From the NCBI GenBank assembly GCA_002494645.1, contig DACE01000010.1, positions 80,559-144,558 of the forward strand: DNA of 64,000 nucleotides, given 5' to 3'. Position 1 is the first letter of the stretch; each line of letters starts with the position of its first letter. Both the position numbers and the translations under genes were made by a program. The notes under the pieces were generated by a model. That model was not told the DNA's origin. It made no database searches and saw only the letters and a list, made by a program, of their open reading frames with translations. The DNA comes from Euryarchaeota archaeon UBA256 (GTDB taxonomy: Archaea > Thermoplasmatota > Poseidoniia > Poseidoniales > Poseidoniaceae). Positions 19,661-28,952 of the stretch are shown piece after piece.

Positions 19661-20092
19661 ATGATGATGGACGACGAAATCATTGAATTCGTTATAGCTC
19701 AAGACCGTAAGTATTCTATGGAACATTTGTGGTTTCAACAGAAAGAACAGCGGCTCATGATTGGGGTTAGTGAATTTTTAAGAGTCGAAATTGGCGACAT
19801 TCTTCGTGTTATTTTGCCCCAGGCTGACACCGAAGTTGACGAAGGCGGTAGCTTGTTCTCGTTGTGGACTGCTGACGAAAAAATTGCACTAACATCTCCA
19901 TTTTCAGGCGTTATCTCGGATGTCAACGGTGAAGTTGAAATTAATCCTGACTTGGTCAACGACTCTGCCTACAACGACGGATGGGTCATTCTCCTTGCAC
20001 CTCATGAGTTGGAGATGAACCCCGATGACAAGCAATTCCTCGAAAATCTTCTCGATCACAACGAGTATGTGGAATATCTTGCCGAACTTTGA
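19661..20092 (+). CDS. Glycine cleavage H-like protein lacking the canonical lipoyl-lysine motif
   Basis: YSMEHLW, IGVSEF..GDI, SPFSGVI..VN, PDLVNDSAYNDGW, EYVEYL; AGGAG SD. Confidence 0.8.
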   Translation: MMMDDEIIEFVIAQDRKYSMEHLWFQQKEQRLMIGVSEFLRVEIGDILRVILPQADTEVDEGGSLFSLWTADEKIALTSPFSGVISDVNGEVEINPDLVNDSAYNDGWVILLAPHELEMNPDDKQFLENLLDHNEYVEYLAEL

Positions 20093-20227
20093 TTTTATCA
20101 ATTACTCTTGCTCGGCCACGACACTTGCCAATGGTCCGAGCGTAGCCTCAAAGCCAACGCTGATGTATCTTTGAGGAGGCTTCAATGCATCCTCAAGGCT
20201 GATTAACAACGACTTTTTCCTTAGGGT

Positions 20228-20803
20228 ATGACCGAAGCGATGAAGGAACTGCGTAAGAGCCTCGAGGCAGCGCCTGTTATTTGGAAAGGTGATTATCCTT
20301 ACTTCATTCATCCCGTTACCGATGGTGTGCCGAGGATGAACCCAGATGTGCTTCATGCAATCACTGAATTGGTATCACAACGAGTCGACTGGTCCGAAGT
20401 TGACTTGCTCCTTGGCATTGAGGCCATGGGGCTTCCTCTGACCGCGCCCTTGAGCATGGCGACCAGAATTCCGCTCGTCATTGCGCGAAAGCGCGAATAT
20501 GGTCTCGAGGGAGAAGTGAAAATTGACCAATCTACCGGCTACTCCAAGGGGGCCATGTATCTCAACAACATCAAGGAAGGAGAGAGAATTGCCATTCTTG
20601 ACGATGTGCTTTCAACAGGTGGAACGCTTGAAGCGGTAATTGAAGGCGTCCGGCGAGCAAAGGCAGAAGTCACCGAAGTCATTGCCGTTGTGGAAAAAGG
20701 ACCAGGCTTGAAGCGGCTGCAATTAATATACCCCGAAATTCGCATTCAGTCCCTCGTTCGTTTAGAGATGGACGGCGATAAAGTCGTTCTTCTGGATGAT
20801 TGA
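20228..20803 (+). CDS. hpt: Archaeal purine (adenine/hypoxanthine) phosphoribosyltransferase
   Basis: YPYFIHPVTDG, IEAMG, ARKR, STGYSKG, ILDDVLSTGGT (PRPP-binding). Confidence 0.88.
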   Translation: MTEAMKELRKSLEAAPVIWKGDYPYFIHPVTDGVPRMNPDVLHAITELVSQRVDWSEVDLLLGIEAMGLPLTAPLSMATRIPLVIARKREYGLEGEVKIDQSTGYSKGAMYLNNIKEGERIAILDDVLSTGGTLEAVIEGVRRAKAEVTEVIAVVEKGPGLKRLQLIYPEIRIQSLVRLEMDGDKVVLLDD

Positions 20804-20847
20804 TGCTCCAACGGTTGCATTCATGAGGGAGTGGCGTCGCCCCTGTC

Positions 20848-21972
20848 ATGGGGAAGCATATGGATTTGAACCGCCACGACTTCGAACTCGACGAGTTGAT
20901 GGAGCGTATACGAGCGAATGATAACCGCCTTATTGCGCTTCAAGTTCCAGAAGGACTGAAGATGCAAGCCTTGGAAATGATGGACACGATTGAGACCGAG
21001 ACCAGTGCTCAAGTAGTCCTTGCGGCTGACCCTTGCTACGGTGCTTGCGATCTTGTCCACGATAAAATGCAACTCATGGGCGTTGAGATGGTTGCTCACA
21101 TGGGCCACTCTCAAATGAACATCGATTCTGGAATGCCAACTCAATTCATCAACGTCACCTACAACGGAGACCCTGAACTTCAACCGGTCATCCCCTGGCT
21201 TGAACAGCATCGAGCCATGGCCCAACAACGCCTTTCACAACAACACAGCCCTGACTCAACCATGACAGAAGAAGAGGCACAGGAACGCTTCATGGATGCT
21301 GTAGGCCGTATGGCTCCGTTGACCGATACCAAGCTTGGCTTGGTTGGTTCCATCCAACATCTCCACCTGCTTCCCGAATTCCACGACCGTTTGGAAAAGG
21401 CTGGCTATGATGTCACTATCCCGATTGGAGGCGCTCGCCTTTCATTCCCCGGTCAAGTCCTCGGCTGCAATTACTCTGGCGACGACCCGAGCATCGGCCA
21501 CTATCTCTTCCTCGGCAGCGGTGATTTCCATCCGATTGGACTCGTCCTCCACACAGGCAAGCCCTTGGCCATGCTGGACCCTTACACAGGAGACGCTGAA
21601 GAGATGTCACTCGAACGCATCGAGCGTATCTTACGCCAACGCTTCGGCCTCATCATGAGCGTTCAAGATGCGAATTCATTCGGCATCCTTATCGGCGAAA
21701 AGCCCGGTCAAATGCGTAGAACGCTGGCGTTGCGGATGAAGCGAATGTTGGCTCAACACGGTAAGAAAGGATATTTGTTGGCACTCGAACACGTTGGACC
21801 TGAACTCATTGACTTCTATCCCGTGGATGCCTTCGTGAACACCGCTTGCCCGCGTATTGCGATTGATGACGCAGTCAGGTATCGTAAACCTCTGATCACG
21901 CCCTTTGAACTTGAGGTCGCTTTGGGCGAGAAAAAATGGGAATTGGGCTATCAATTCGATGAAATCCCGTGA
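20848..21972 (+). CDS. dph2: Diphthamide biosynthesis radical-SAM-like enzyme Dph2
   Basis: LQVPEGLK, YGACD, HMGH, GQVLGC, GDFH, KPGQ, TACPRI; three Fe-S cysteines present. Confidence 0.95.
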   Translation: MGKHMDLNRHDFELDELMERIRANDNRLIALQVPEGLKMQALEMMDTIETETSAQVVLAADPCYGACDLVHDKMQLMGVEMVAHMGHSQMNIDSGMPTQFINVTYNGDPELQPVIPWLEQHRAMAQQRLSQQHSPDSTMTEEEAQERFMDAVGRMAPLTDTKLGLVGSIQHLHLLPEFHDRLEKAGYDVTIPIGGARLSFPGQVLGCNYSGDDPSIGHYLFLGSGDFHPIGLVLHTGKPLAMLDPYTGDAEEMSLERIERILRQRFGLIMSVQDANSFGILIGEKPGQMRRTLALRMKRMLAQHGKKGYLLALEHVGPELIDFYPVDAFVNTACPRIAIDDAVRYRKPLITPFELEVALGEKKWELGYQFDEIP

Positions 21973-22062
21973 CTTGGTCTTGATTGAACTTCACAAATCA
22001 GACCTTTGAACGTTCATGTGAACCACATCTTTTAGAACGGTTGACATCAGCATTCTCATGAT

Positions 22063-23265
22063 ATGGCATCCTATCTTGACCGCATTGGAGCGGGGTTCAT
22101 CATTGCTCATCCAGAATTTTTGGATTACGACCACGTCCCTGAGGAATTGGTGGGTCGTGAGCAAGTTCAATCCGAACTGGCTTCAAAATTCTCTGCTTTA
22201 GCGTCCCCCCAGGGCGCTGCCAGAGCCGTCATTACCGGACCTGTGGGGAGTGGAAAAACCGTTCTTGCCAAAACATTCTGTCGTGACCTTCAGCGCCATC
22301 TGTCGGGAAAACGCGAACTCAAAGTAGCCCACATCAATTGCCGTAATGCATCAACAAGCATGCGTGTCGCCCAACGCATACTGCACCAATTTGACCCCGG
22401 CCACCCAGATCGTGGGCTTTCCATGGGTGAGTTGCTTCTCAGCCTGAGGAAAATGCTGCGAAGAACATCAACGCACCTGGTCATCGTTCTCGACGAAGTG
22501 GACCACATGTTACGGCGGTCTGGAGATGAATTGCTCTATCAATTACTTCGCATCGATGAGGACCAAGAAGGAACCGGGAGCGTTTCCATCATCCTCATCA
22601 GCCAAGAACAAGTCCTTGACGTCCTCGAAACTGCAGTACTCTCAAAATTTGGCCAATCCAACCATCTCCGAATTCCATCCTACGATGTCAACGGGCTTGA
22701 GGCCATTATACGCCAACGAGCGGAACTCGCCCTCGTGCCGGGCACATGGACCGATGCCATACTCCGGCTCCTGGCCGAAAAAGCCGGGCCAAGTGGTGAC
22801 GCGCGACAGGGCATTGAATTCCTCGCCAGCGCTGCAGAGCGCTCTGAATTCCGACAAGACGGCCACAGCCTAAGAGAGATCAGCATCGATGATATCAACG
22901 CCCTGAACGACGTGCTCGCTACAGACACGCATTCAAAATTAGAGGTCGTAGACGATTTATCCCCTCACGAAATGCTGGCGCTCTTGGCGATGTGTCGAAG
23001 ACTCAAGACGGAAGAGACCATGACGATGGGAGACGTAGAGAAACTCTACACCGTGGTCTGCGAGGAATATGAGCAGCGACCGAAGAGCCACACAACGCTA
23101 TGGAAATACATCAAAGCAATCGAAGTGCAAGGTGTGATTGAATCACGCGTGGCGACCGTCCCTGGAGGCCGTGGCCGTACAACGCACATGAGCATGCCAC
23201 ATTTCCTCCCAGCAGACCTTGCAAGTCGTCTTGAATTGCTTCTTCCAAAGCGATTACGCCGCTGA
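22063..23265 (+). CDS. cdc6: Orc1/Cdc6 replication initiator
   Basis: LDYDHVPEELVGRE, GPVGSGKT, HINC, IVLDEVD, GDAR, C-terminal wHTH with GRGRT. Confidence 0.93.
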   Translation: MASYLDRIGAGFIIAHPEFLDYDHVPEELVGREQVQSELASKFSALASPQGAARAVITGPVGSGKTVLAKTFCRDLQRHLSGKRELKVAHINCRNASTSMRVAQRILHQFDPGHPDRGLSMGELLLSLRKMLRRTSTHLVIVLDEVDHMLRRSGDELLYQLLRIDEDQEGTGSVSIILISQEQVLDVLETAVLSKFGQSNHLRIPSYDVNGLEAIIRQRAELALVPGTWTDAILRLLAEKAGPSGDARQGIEFLASAAERSEFRQDGHSLREISIDDINALNDVLATDTHSKLEVVDDLSPHEMLALLAMCRRLKTEETMTMGDVEKLYTVVCEEYEQRPKSHTTLWKYIKAIEVQGVIESRVATVPGGRGRTTHMSMPHFLPADLASRLELLLPKRLRR

Positions 23266-23335
23266 ATAAGACACCGAAGCAGACGATGGGGCTAAATACG
23301 GGTCGTGAGTCGGAGAAATCCCGAGAGGTGCTACT

Positions 23336-23824
23336 ATGGCTGGTAACGATGCTGAATTTATTGCAGTGGTCAATGATACGGACCCGAAGAACGGCGGAAA
23401 ATCCTACGCTTTGAAAATCACAGGAAACAACCATGCTCAAATTTTGGGCAAGCGCATCGGCGATGTTGTTGACGGTATCTTCGTTGGCGAGGGAGACAAG
23501 ACGCTCTCTGGATACAAATTGGAGATTACTGGTGGATCTGATAAAACTGGAACCCCACTTCGACGAGACCTTGATGGTGGCTCACGCCAATCCATTCTCG
23601 TCACCCAATCAACGGGTTACAAGGGTCAAGTGGTCGTCCACAAGAAAAAGGGCGGCGACAAGAAGCGATTCCGCTACAAGCCAGACGGTCTTCGTCGACG
23701 ACGAAACTTCCGTGGTAACACCATTACTCAAGACACCCGACAAATCAACCTGAAAGTTGTTGAGTCCGGGAAGAAAACCCTCAATGCCATCCTCGCTGCA
23801 GAAGCTGAGGAAGCATCGGAGTGA
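23336..23824 (+). CDS. rps6e: 30S ribosomal protein S6e
   Basis: LGKRIGD, GYKLEITGGSDKTGTP, GLRRRRNFRGNTI, QINLKV; GAGGTG SD. Confidence 0.95.
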   Translation: MAGNDAEFIAVVNDTDPKNGGKSYALKITGNNHAQILGKRIGDVVDGIFVGEGDKTLSGYKLEITGGSDKTGTPLRRDLDGGSRQSILVTQSTGYKGQVVVHKKKGGDKKRFRYKPDGLRRRRNFRGNTITQDTRQINLKVVESGKKTLNAILAAEAEEASE

Positions 23825-23863
23825 ACTCGAGAGGGCTTTCGTAGACAATGAGGAGTGGGGAGC

Positions 23864-25102
23864 ATGGCACGAGAGCTTCCCGCACAACCCGAGGTCAACA
23901 TCGGCCTTGTGGGTCACGTTGACCACGGTAAAACCACACTTACTCAAGCGCTTTCGGGTGTTTGGACCGATACGCATTCTGAAGAACGCAAGCGCGGAAT
24001 CTCAATCAAACTCGGCTATGCTGACACGGCCTTCTACAAGGACGATAAGGACCAATACTACGCTACAGGAAAGAGACCCGACGGAAGCGAAGACGTCCCC
24101 AAAGAACTGCAACGGGTCGTTTCATTCGTTGACGCTCCCGGCCACGAGACCTTGATGGCTATTATGATCACAGGGGCTTCAATCATGGACGGAGCCATGC
24201 TGATGGTTGCTGCCAACGAAACATGCCCTCAACCTCAAACACGTGAACACTTGATGGCGTTGGAAATGGCCAACATCGAGAACATCGTCATCGTTCAAAA
24301 CAAAATTGACCTCGTTTCCCGTGAGCGGGCCCTTGAGTCCCACAAAGAAATCAAAGAATTCCTCAAGGGAACAATTGCTGAAAAGGCCCCAATTATTCCA
24401 GTATCGGCCCACCATGACGTCAATCTCGACATCTTGATTCAAGCCATAGAGGCAACCATTCCCACTCCCGACCGCTCTAAAGACAAGCGTTCAATTATGC
24501 ACGTAGCCCGTTCATTTGACATCAACCGACCCGGCACTCGCCCTGCCAAGTTGAAGGGAGGCGTCATCGGTGGCAGTATCGTCGAAGGCGAATTCAAAGA
24601 AGGTGACGAAGTGATCATTGGGCCTGGTCGAAAAATCGAGAAAGGAAATAAATCAACGTGGGAGCCAATTCATGCCGTTGTCAGCAGCATGCAAGGAGGC
24701 GGGCGTAATCTCGATGCCATGCATGCAGGGGGCTTGTGTGGTATGGCAACCTTCCTTGACCCGTCCATCACCACCTCCGACAATCTTTCGGGACAAGTCG
24801 TTGCTCGCAAAGGACAGCTTCCTGAAATCCACTCATCTGTAAGCGTCAGTGTCAATTTGATGTCACACATGGTTTCTGGTGACGGAGAAGCACCTGAGAA
24901 AATACAACCGCTGCGCAATAACGAGATGCTCATGCTCAACGTTGCTACGGCAACTTCTGTTGGTGTTACCCGAAGCGCAGAGAAAAACCGCACCAATTTG
25001 GACCTACGATTACCAATCTGTGCCGATAAGGGACAGCGCATCTCACTCTCACGACGCATCGGTTCACGCTGGCGACTTATCGGCTACGGAACGATTGAGT
25101 GA
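23864..25102 (+). CDS. eif2g: Translation initiation factor aIF2 gamma subunit
   Basis: QPEVNIGLVGHVDHGKT, RGISIKLGYA, DAPGHE, QNKID, RSFDINRPG, WRLIGYG. Confidence 0.97.
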   Translation: MARELPAQPEVNIGLVGHVDHGKTTLTQALSGVWTDTHSEERKRGISIKLGYADTAFYKDDKDQYYATGKRPDGSEDVPKELQRVVSFVDAPGHETLMAIMITGASIMDGAMLMVAANETCPQPQTREHLMALEMANIENIVIVQNKIDLVSRERALESHKEIKEFLKGTIAEKAPIIPVSAHHDVNLDILIQAIEATIPTPDRSKDKRSIMHVARSFDINRPGTRPAKLKGGVIGGSIVEGEFKEGDEVIIGPGRKIEKGNKSTWEPIHAVVSSMQGGGRNLDAMHAGGLCGMATFLDPSITTSDNLSGQVVARKGQLPEIHSSVSVSVNLMSHMVSGDGEAPEKIQPLRNNEMLMLNVATATSVGVTRSAEKNRTNLDLRLPICADKGQRISLSRRIGSRWRLIGYGTIE

Positions 25103-25112
25103 GGCTAGAGAC

Positions 25113-25490
25113 ATGCAACCCGTTCTCATTGATGCATGTGGATGGGCTGCATGCATTGATGCTCAATTGAACATCCAACACGAGATGGAATCCTTGCTTG
25201 GGCCCTGCGAGTGGCTTCTGATTCCGAAGGTGCTTGAGGAACTTGTGGAACTGGAGCGTCAACGCCCTGCGGGAAAGGGGTTACTCCTCGACCTCTTGCA
25301 ATCAAAATCAACGTTGGTGGGAACGGAACACATCGGGCATACTGACGATCTCCTCTTGGAATTCGCTCAACATTACCAAGCCGCTACCCTCACGGTTGAT
25401 ACCGAACTTAAGCGACGGCTTTTCGAGGCCAACCTTCGTGTCATCGAAGTCAAGCAAAGCAAGTATCTTCACCTTGTTGACTTGCTATAG
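25113..25490 (+). CDS. PIN-domain protein (Fcf1/Utp24-like)
   Basis: VLIDAC...VLEEL...TDD...TVDTELKRR; rps6e-eif2g-PIN is a conserved archaeal gene order. Confidence 0.8.
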   Translation: MQPVLIDACGWAACIDAQLNIQHEMESLLGPCEWLLIPKVLEELVELERQRPAGKGLLLDLLQSKSTLVGTEHIGHTDDLLLEFAQHYQAATLTVDTELKRRLFEANLRVIEVKQSKYLHLVDLL

Positions 25491-25495
25491 AAGCG

Positions 25496-25795
25496 TCAAG
25501 GAAGCGTGAAGAGGACGTCGTCCCCATGACCGTCAAGCCATCCAATTTTAACGCCAGCATCAATCCATGCATGGGCATAATTGATGGCTCCAAAGGCGCG
25601 AACAAGGTCTCCCTGCGCAGCGAAGTGCTGAGCGTCGGAGGCATAATCGTCGGCCATCCTGAGCATGATGGCCAATTTTTGACCCTCATCTGATGAAGAG
25701 GGCACCAGTGATGTTGCCTTGTTGCGTGCCCGCTTGGTGATATCGAGGTACTTTTCTACGCGTTCAAGAGTAATGTGGTCCAATGATTCGCTCAT
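25496..25795 (-). CDS. DUF357 family protein
   Basis: MADDYASDAQHF...GDLVRAFGAINYAHAWIDAG motif. Confidence 0.88.
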   Translation of the reverse strand: MSESLDHITLERVEKYLDITKRARNKATSLVPSSSDEGQKLAIMLRMADDYASDAQHFAAQGDLVRAFGAINYAHAWIDAGVKIGWLDGHGDDVLFTLP

Positions 25796-26844
25796 TCACC
25801 CCCCTCCTTTTGTCGCGTAAGGAGGCGGCGAGCATCTTCACTTCTTCCAAGTGCCTCATACAATTCGATGGCGAGCGATAATTTCCCGAGATCCTCGGCT
25901 TCTTGAGCACGAAGGAACATTTGACGACGCTCTTCCCAATTTCTTGCCATAGCCGCTTCTGCAACGGCTTTGTATCGGCCTTCACGTTCTGCCTCTGCAA
26001 GATGAGGGGCAGTCCAACGACGAACCAGCCCGTCACGAGTTCCTGTTGCCATGGCGTCAGGCGTGCACAGTACCAGCAGATCACCGAGATTCATGCTTTG
26101 AGTGAGTGGGATTTCAGAGACTTCACCAGAATCAACTGTGCTCAATGGATGAAGATGTCCTTCTATCCCCAACACCCACCAACCGTCACCTGTTCGAACG
26201 GCGTCCATCGGTTCAAGTGAGGTGGCTTCCAAGCGTTCGAGGTGGTCCCACCCAAAGGGATGAGGCACACCTTCCCACAGACCTCCATCGCCGCTCTGGA
26301 GGAGCAAGCGTCCGTCTTTGAGTTGAGAACACCAACTCCACGCGCGGTCTTCCAACTTTCGCTTTTTGTCATCTCCAGTGATTCTGCCACACCAAAGGAC
26401 TCCATCTGTATCTTGCCAAAGCAGGTGTTCCCGGTCGAGCCAGCCAACCAAACGACGAATCGGTCCAGTCTCAACGCGACGAATACCTCGTCCTTCTTGA
26501 GAAAAGAGATGCAATTGCCCGCGGCGACCAGCAAGAATCCATCCCCCTCCGGGGCGATGAGCAAGGTCACTAAAACCACCCGGTGCACTCCGCCCTTCGT
26601 GGACCATAGCGCCTGTTGAGCTGTTCATCAGATAGAAACCATGAGCGGCAAGCAGTCCGATCGTCCCTCCAGAGGCAGCAGCTGCATGGACCTTGAAAGG
26701 TACATCGACACGCCAGCGAATCTTTCCATCCGATTCCAGGAGTGTCAAGTTCAATCCTGCACTTACTAGAACGCCGCCTTCAGCAGCTGCCATCGCAGCA
26801 ATTCTGGCGTCAGCCTGCCATGACCAAGCAACATTCCATGGCAT
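25792..26844 (-). CDS. Trp-rich beta-propeller (PQQ/WD-like) protein with C-terminal helical, TPR-like segment
   Basis: Repeated beta-strand units (DGKIRW, DGVLW, DGGLW, DGLVRRW); C-terminal LAIELYEALGRSEDARRL; overlaps both neighbours. Confidence 0.6.
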   Translation of the reverse strand: MPWNVAWSWQADARIAAMAAAEGGVLVSAGLNLTLLESDGKIRWRVDVPFKVHAAAASGGTIGLLAAHGFYLMNSSTGAMVHEGRSAPGGFSDLAHRPGGGWILAGRRGQLHLFSQEGRGIRRVETGPIRRLVGWLDREHLLWQDTDGVLWCGRITGDDKKRKLEDRAWSWCSQLKDGRLLLQSGDGGLWEGVPHPFGWDHLERLEATSLEPMDAVRTGDGWWVLGIEGHLHPLSTVDSGEVSEIPLTQSMNLGDLLVLCTPDAMATGTRDGLVRRWTAPHLAEAEREGRYKAVAEAAMARNWEERRQMFLRAQEAEDLGKLSLAIELYEALGRSEDARRLLTRQKEGGE

Positions 26845-28712
26845 TAGACTCCACCTCCATTGAGGCCGCCCCAGGCAATTAATTGGGCTCGTGCTGATTG
26901 AGTAAGTTGATAGTTGCGTGAGCGACCAACCTGCCGCGCCTGTAAGATTCCGTGTTTGAGGAGGCGATTGCTAATTTGAGAGAGGCGGGCTCTTTTGACC
27001 CCGAGATGGTTGAGCATTTCACCATCGGAAGGAGAAAATGGTCGGGAATGTGCCACGCTAACAACATAAGCATCCCTCATGTTCAAAGAACTCAACTGAT
27101 TTTTATTCAAAGGATAGGCTTCCTTAGAGCCCATGGATATCTTTTGACGCGATTTGAAGAATTCCATGATTGAGGAATTCAGGCTTGTCCCATTGAAGCC
27201 TCCTGTTTGTTCTAGATTGGAGGCGATATGAGCAAGGAGATGGAACAGGTCTTTTTCGGCGCCAATTTGTTCTAGAGTGTCATTAGTAGATGGCCTTAGG
27301 GCGGGTTCTGCTTCTGGTTCATCATCTTCAAACATTGGTTCAGGAATAAATTCGACCTCATCAACAAGCCCAATCTCGTCGTGGATCAATTCTGCACCGT
27401 TAACATCCTCGATTTCATCCTCGGGCAGTTCTGGAGTTTCGATGGCCACCCAATACTGGTTCCCTTTTTCACTGACGACCGAATGTTGTACGTTTTCTTC
27501 AAAATCAGGGTTTTCTTCTTCCTCTGTTATTTTCTTCTGATTTGCTTTATTTCGTCGGGCTAATCCCCCAAATGGCCCTTTTGGAATGGGCGCTCCGCCC
27601 CCATTCTCTGGGGCAGAAGCGTCGATGATAGGGGTCGTGAATGGCGTGGATTGCAAAGGCTCATCAGATTCCTTTGCCTGAGCCAATCCGCCCATATCTA
27701 AGTCAAAAAGGGAGGCGAATACGCTTGAATCTTCTTCAATCGCTTGGCCTCGTTCGGTCCACGGCAGCGATGCGTCAATAATATCGGTGTTGAATGCAGG
27801 AGGGTTTTCATTCCCCGCATCTGAACTGGGACTCAGTACATCCTCGGGGCTTGTGGGCGAATCGGCAAGTTCAATTTTTTCGCCATCGGTTTGCATCAAT
27901 TGGTCCAGAGTGCTGGGCCCGTCACGAGGGAGTAATTTTGCTGATGTGTCTACTTCCGAATGAAGAAGGCCAGCCCCCTCATCCATACGAAGAGCGTCAA
28001 CTACGTTACGTAATGCAGTGATGATGGCCGCAGGGTATCCATCGCCTAATTCGAGCAGTTCGGTAGCGTCTCGGAGGGTGAAATCACTCTCATTGACGCC
28101 TAGAGAGCGTAGACGTTGCTCGACAAGGGATACAACATCAGATGGTGTGAAAGGATGCAATGGCAATCGCTCGTAGGTGTCGACTACGCCTTGAGGGAGT
28201 TGATGGCGTTCCCGAGCATCGCATACCAAGATGACAATCGCTTTGAGGCGCTCAATGCTTGATTGTGCATCACGAAGAGCGACTTTGAGGATTGATAGGT
28301 CACTTGCAGGCACATCGATAACGATCATGGGGAGTTTGCTGCTGAAACCATACATCTCAGCGACCAATTGATTCACAAGTTCAACACGCCCAGACGGGGC
28401 CTCGACCCCCAATAACTGCTTGTAAATCATGTCCAAGAGGGCTTTTGCAGGGTTGATGGCCGGAAGATGCTCGATGGACGCATACGCACCTGCATAGGGC
28501 TTCAGGCAGCGGACCAGCGAGGTGCGGCCCGACCCGAGTGGCCCCGTGAGCATGATGCGTCGTGCAGAGCCAAGTCTCAGGTAATTTTTGAGGCGGTTGA
28601 AGACTTCATCACGGCCGACCATCTTTCCAAGTTCCCCTGGCTCCAAGGGACGAATGGAAAATGGATTCTCATTGAGAAGAGGGAGGCCGTAAGCGTAGCT
28701 TTGCTTAACCAT
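26844..28712 (-). CDS. Degenerate AAA+/P-loop ATPase, long acidic linker and C-terminal winged HTH
   Basis: NPF...VGRD...GPLGSGRT (Walker A K to R), IVIDVP (Walker B lacks E), about 250-aa D/E/P-rich linker, LGVKRARLSQISNRLLKHGIL...GRSRNYQLT wHTH. Confidence 0.75.
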   Translation of the reverse strand: MVKQSYAYGLPLLNENPFSIRPLEPGELGKMVGRDEVFNRLKNYLRLGSARRIMLTGPLGSGRTSLVRCLKPYAGAYASIEHLPAINPAKALLDMIYKQLLGVEAPSGRVELVNQLVAEMYGFSSKLPMIVIDVPASDLSILKVALRDAQSSIERLKAIVILVCDARERHQLPQGVVDTYERLPLHPFTPSDVVSLVEQRLRSLGVNESDFTLRDATELLELGDGYPAAIITALRNVVDALRMDEGAGLLHSEVDTSAKLLPRDGPSTLDQLMQTDGEKIELADSPTSPEDVLSPSSDAGNENPPAFNTDIIDASLPWTERGQAIEEDSSVFASLFDLDMGGLAQAKESDEPLQSTPFTTPIIDASAPENGGGAPIPKGPFGGLARRNKANQKKITEEEENPDFEENVQHSVVSEKGNQYWVAIETPELPEDEIEDVNGAELIHDEIGLVDEVEFIPEPMFEDDEPEAEPALRPSTNDTLEQIGAEKDLFHLLAHIASNLEQTGGFNGTSLNSSIMEFFKSRQKISMGSKEAYPLNKNQLSSLNMRDAYVVSVAHSRPFSPSDGEMLNHLGVKRARLSQISNRLLKHGILQARQVGRSRNYQLTQSARAQLIAWGGLNGGGV

Positions 28713-28759
28713 GGCCGAGCAACTGAACCCTAGTATATCATCTTTGAGCAGATGTGGGG

Positions 28760-28789
28760 GGTGCGCAAAGGCGTTAACTTATGTTAATC
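28760..28789. other. dif/cer-like Xer recombination site candidate
   Basis: GGTGCGCAAAG-GCGTTAAC-TTATGTTAATC versus E. coli dif GGTGCGCATAA-TGTATA-TTATGTTAAAT; 9/11 identity in each arm, 8-bp spacer. Confidence 0.4.
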
Positions 28790-28874
28790 AATTAGCCAAG
28801 CGTCGATGCACCCTTGGATTAACAGATGATTAACGCATTATTAACGCGTTAGTAAAAGCGTTAGAAGCGTTAAT
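28771..28874. repeat. Array of TTAAC / GCGTTA short repeats
   Basis: TTAAC at 28819, 28830, 28841; GCGTTA at 28771, 28846, 28858, 28867; palindrome TAACGCGTTA at 28842-28851. Confidence 0.8.
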
Positions 28875-28952
28875 TCGGCACCTTTGAATTGAGATGAGGC
28901 AGGCGATTGATTCAAGGAACGGTTCGGCCACCCATGGCATGAGGAATCACCT

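Noticed and set aside
21973-22062. Replication origin (ORB) next to cdc6
   Set aside because: The intergenic gaps are only 90 and 70 bp, and I saw no TTCCAGTGGAAA-like ORB or AT-rich unwinding element.
24879-25112. Long N-terminal extension of the PIN protein overlapping eif2g
   Set aside because: ORF-caller artefact; ATG 25113 after the eif2g stop, with a GAGG SD, gives a normal PIN domain.
28771-28874. CRISPR array
   Set aside because: The repeats are 5-8 bp with about 10-bp spacing; there is no repeat-spacer structure and no cas gene.
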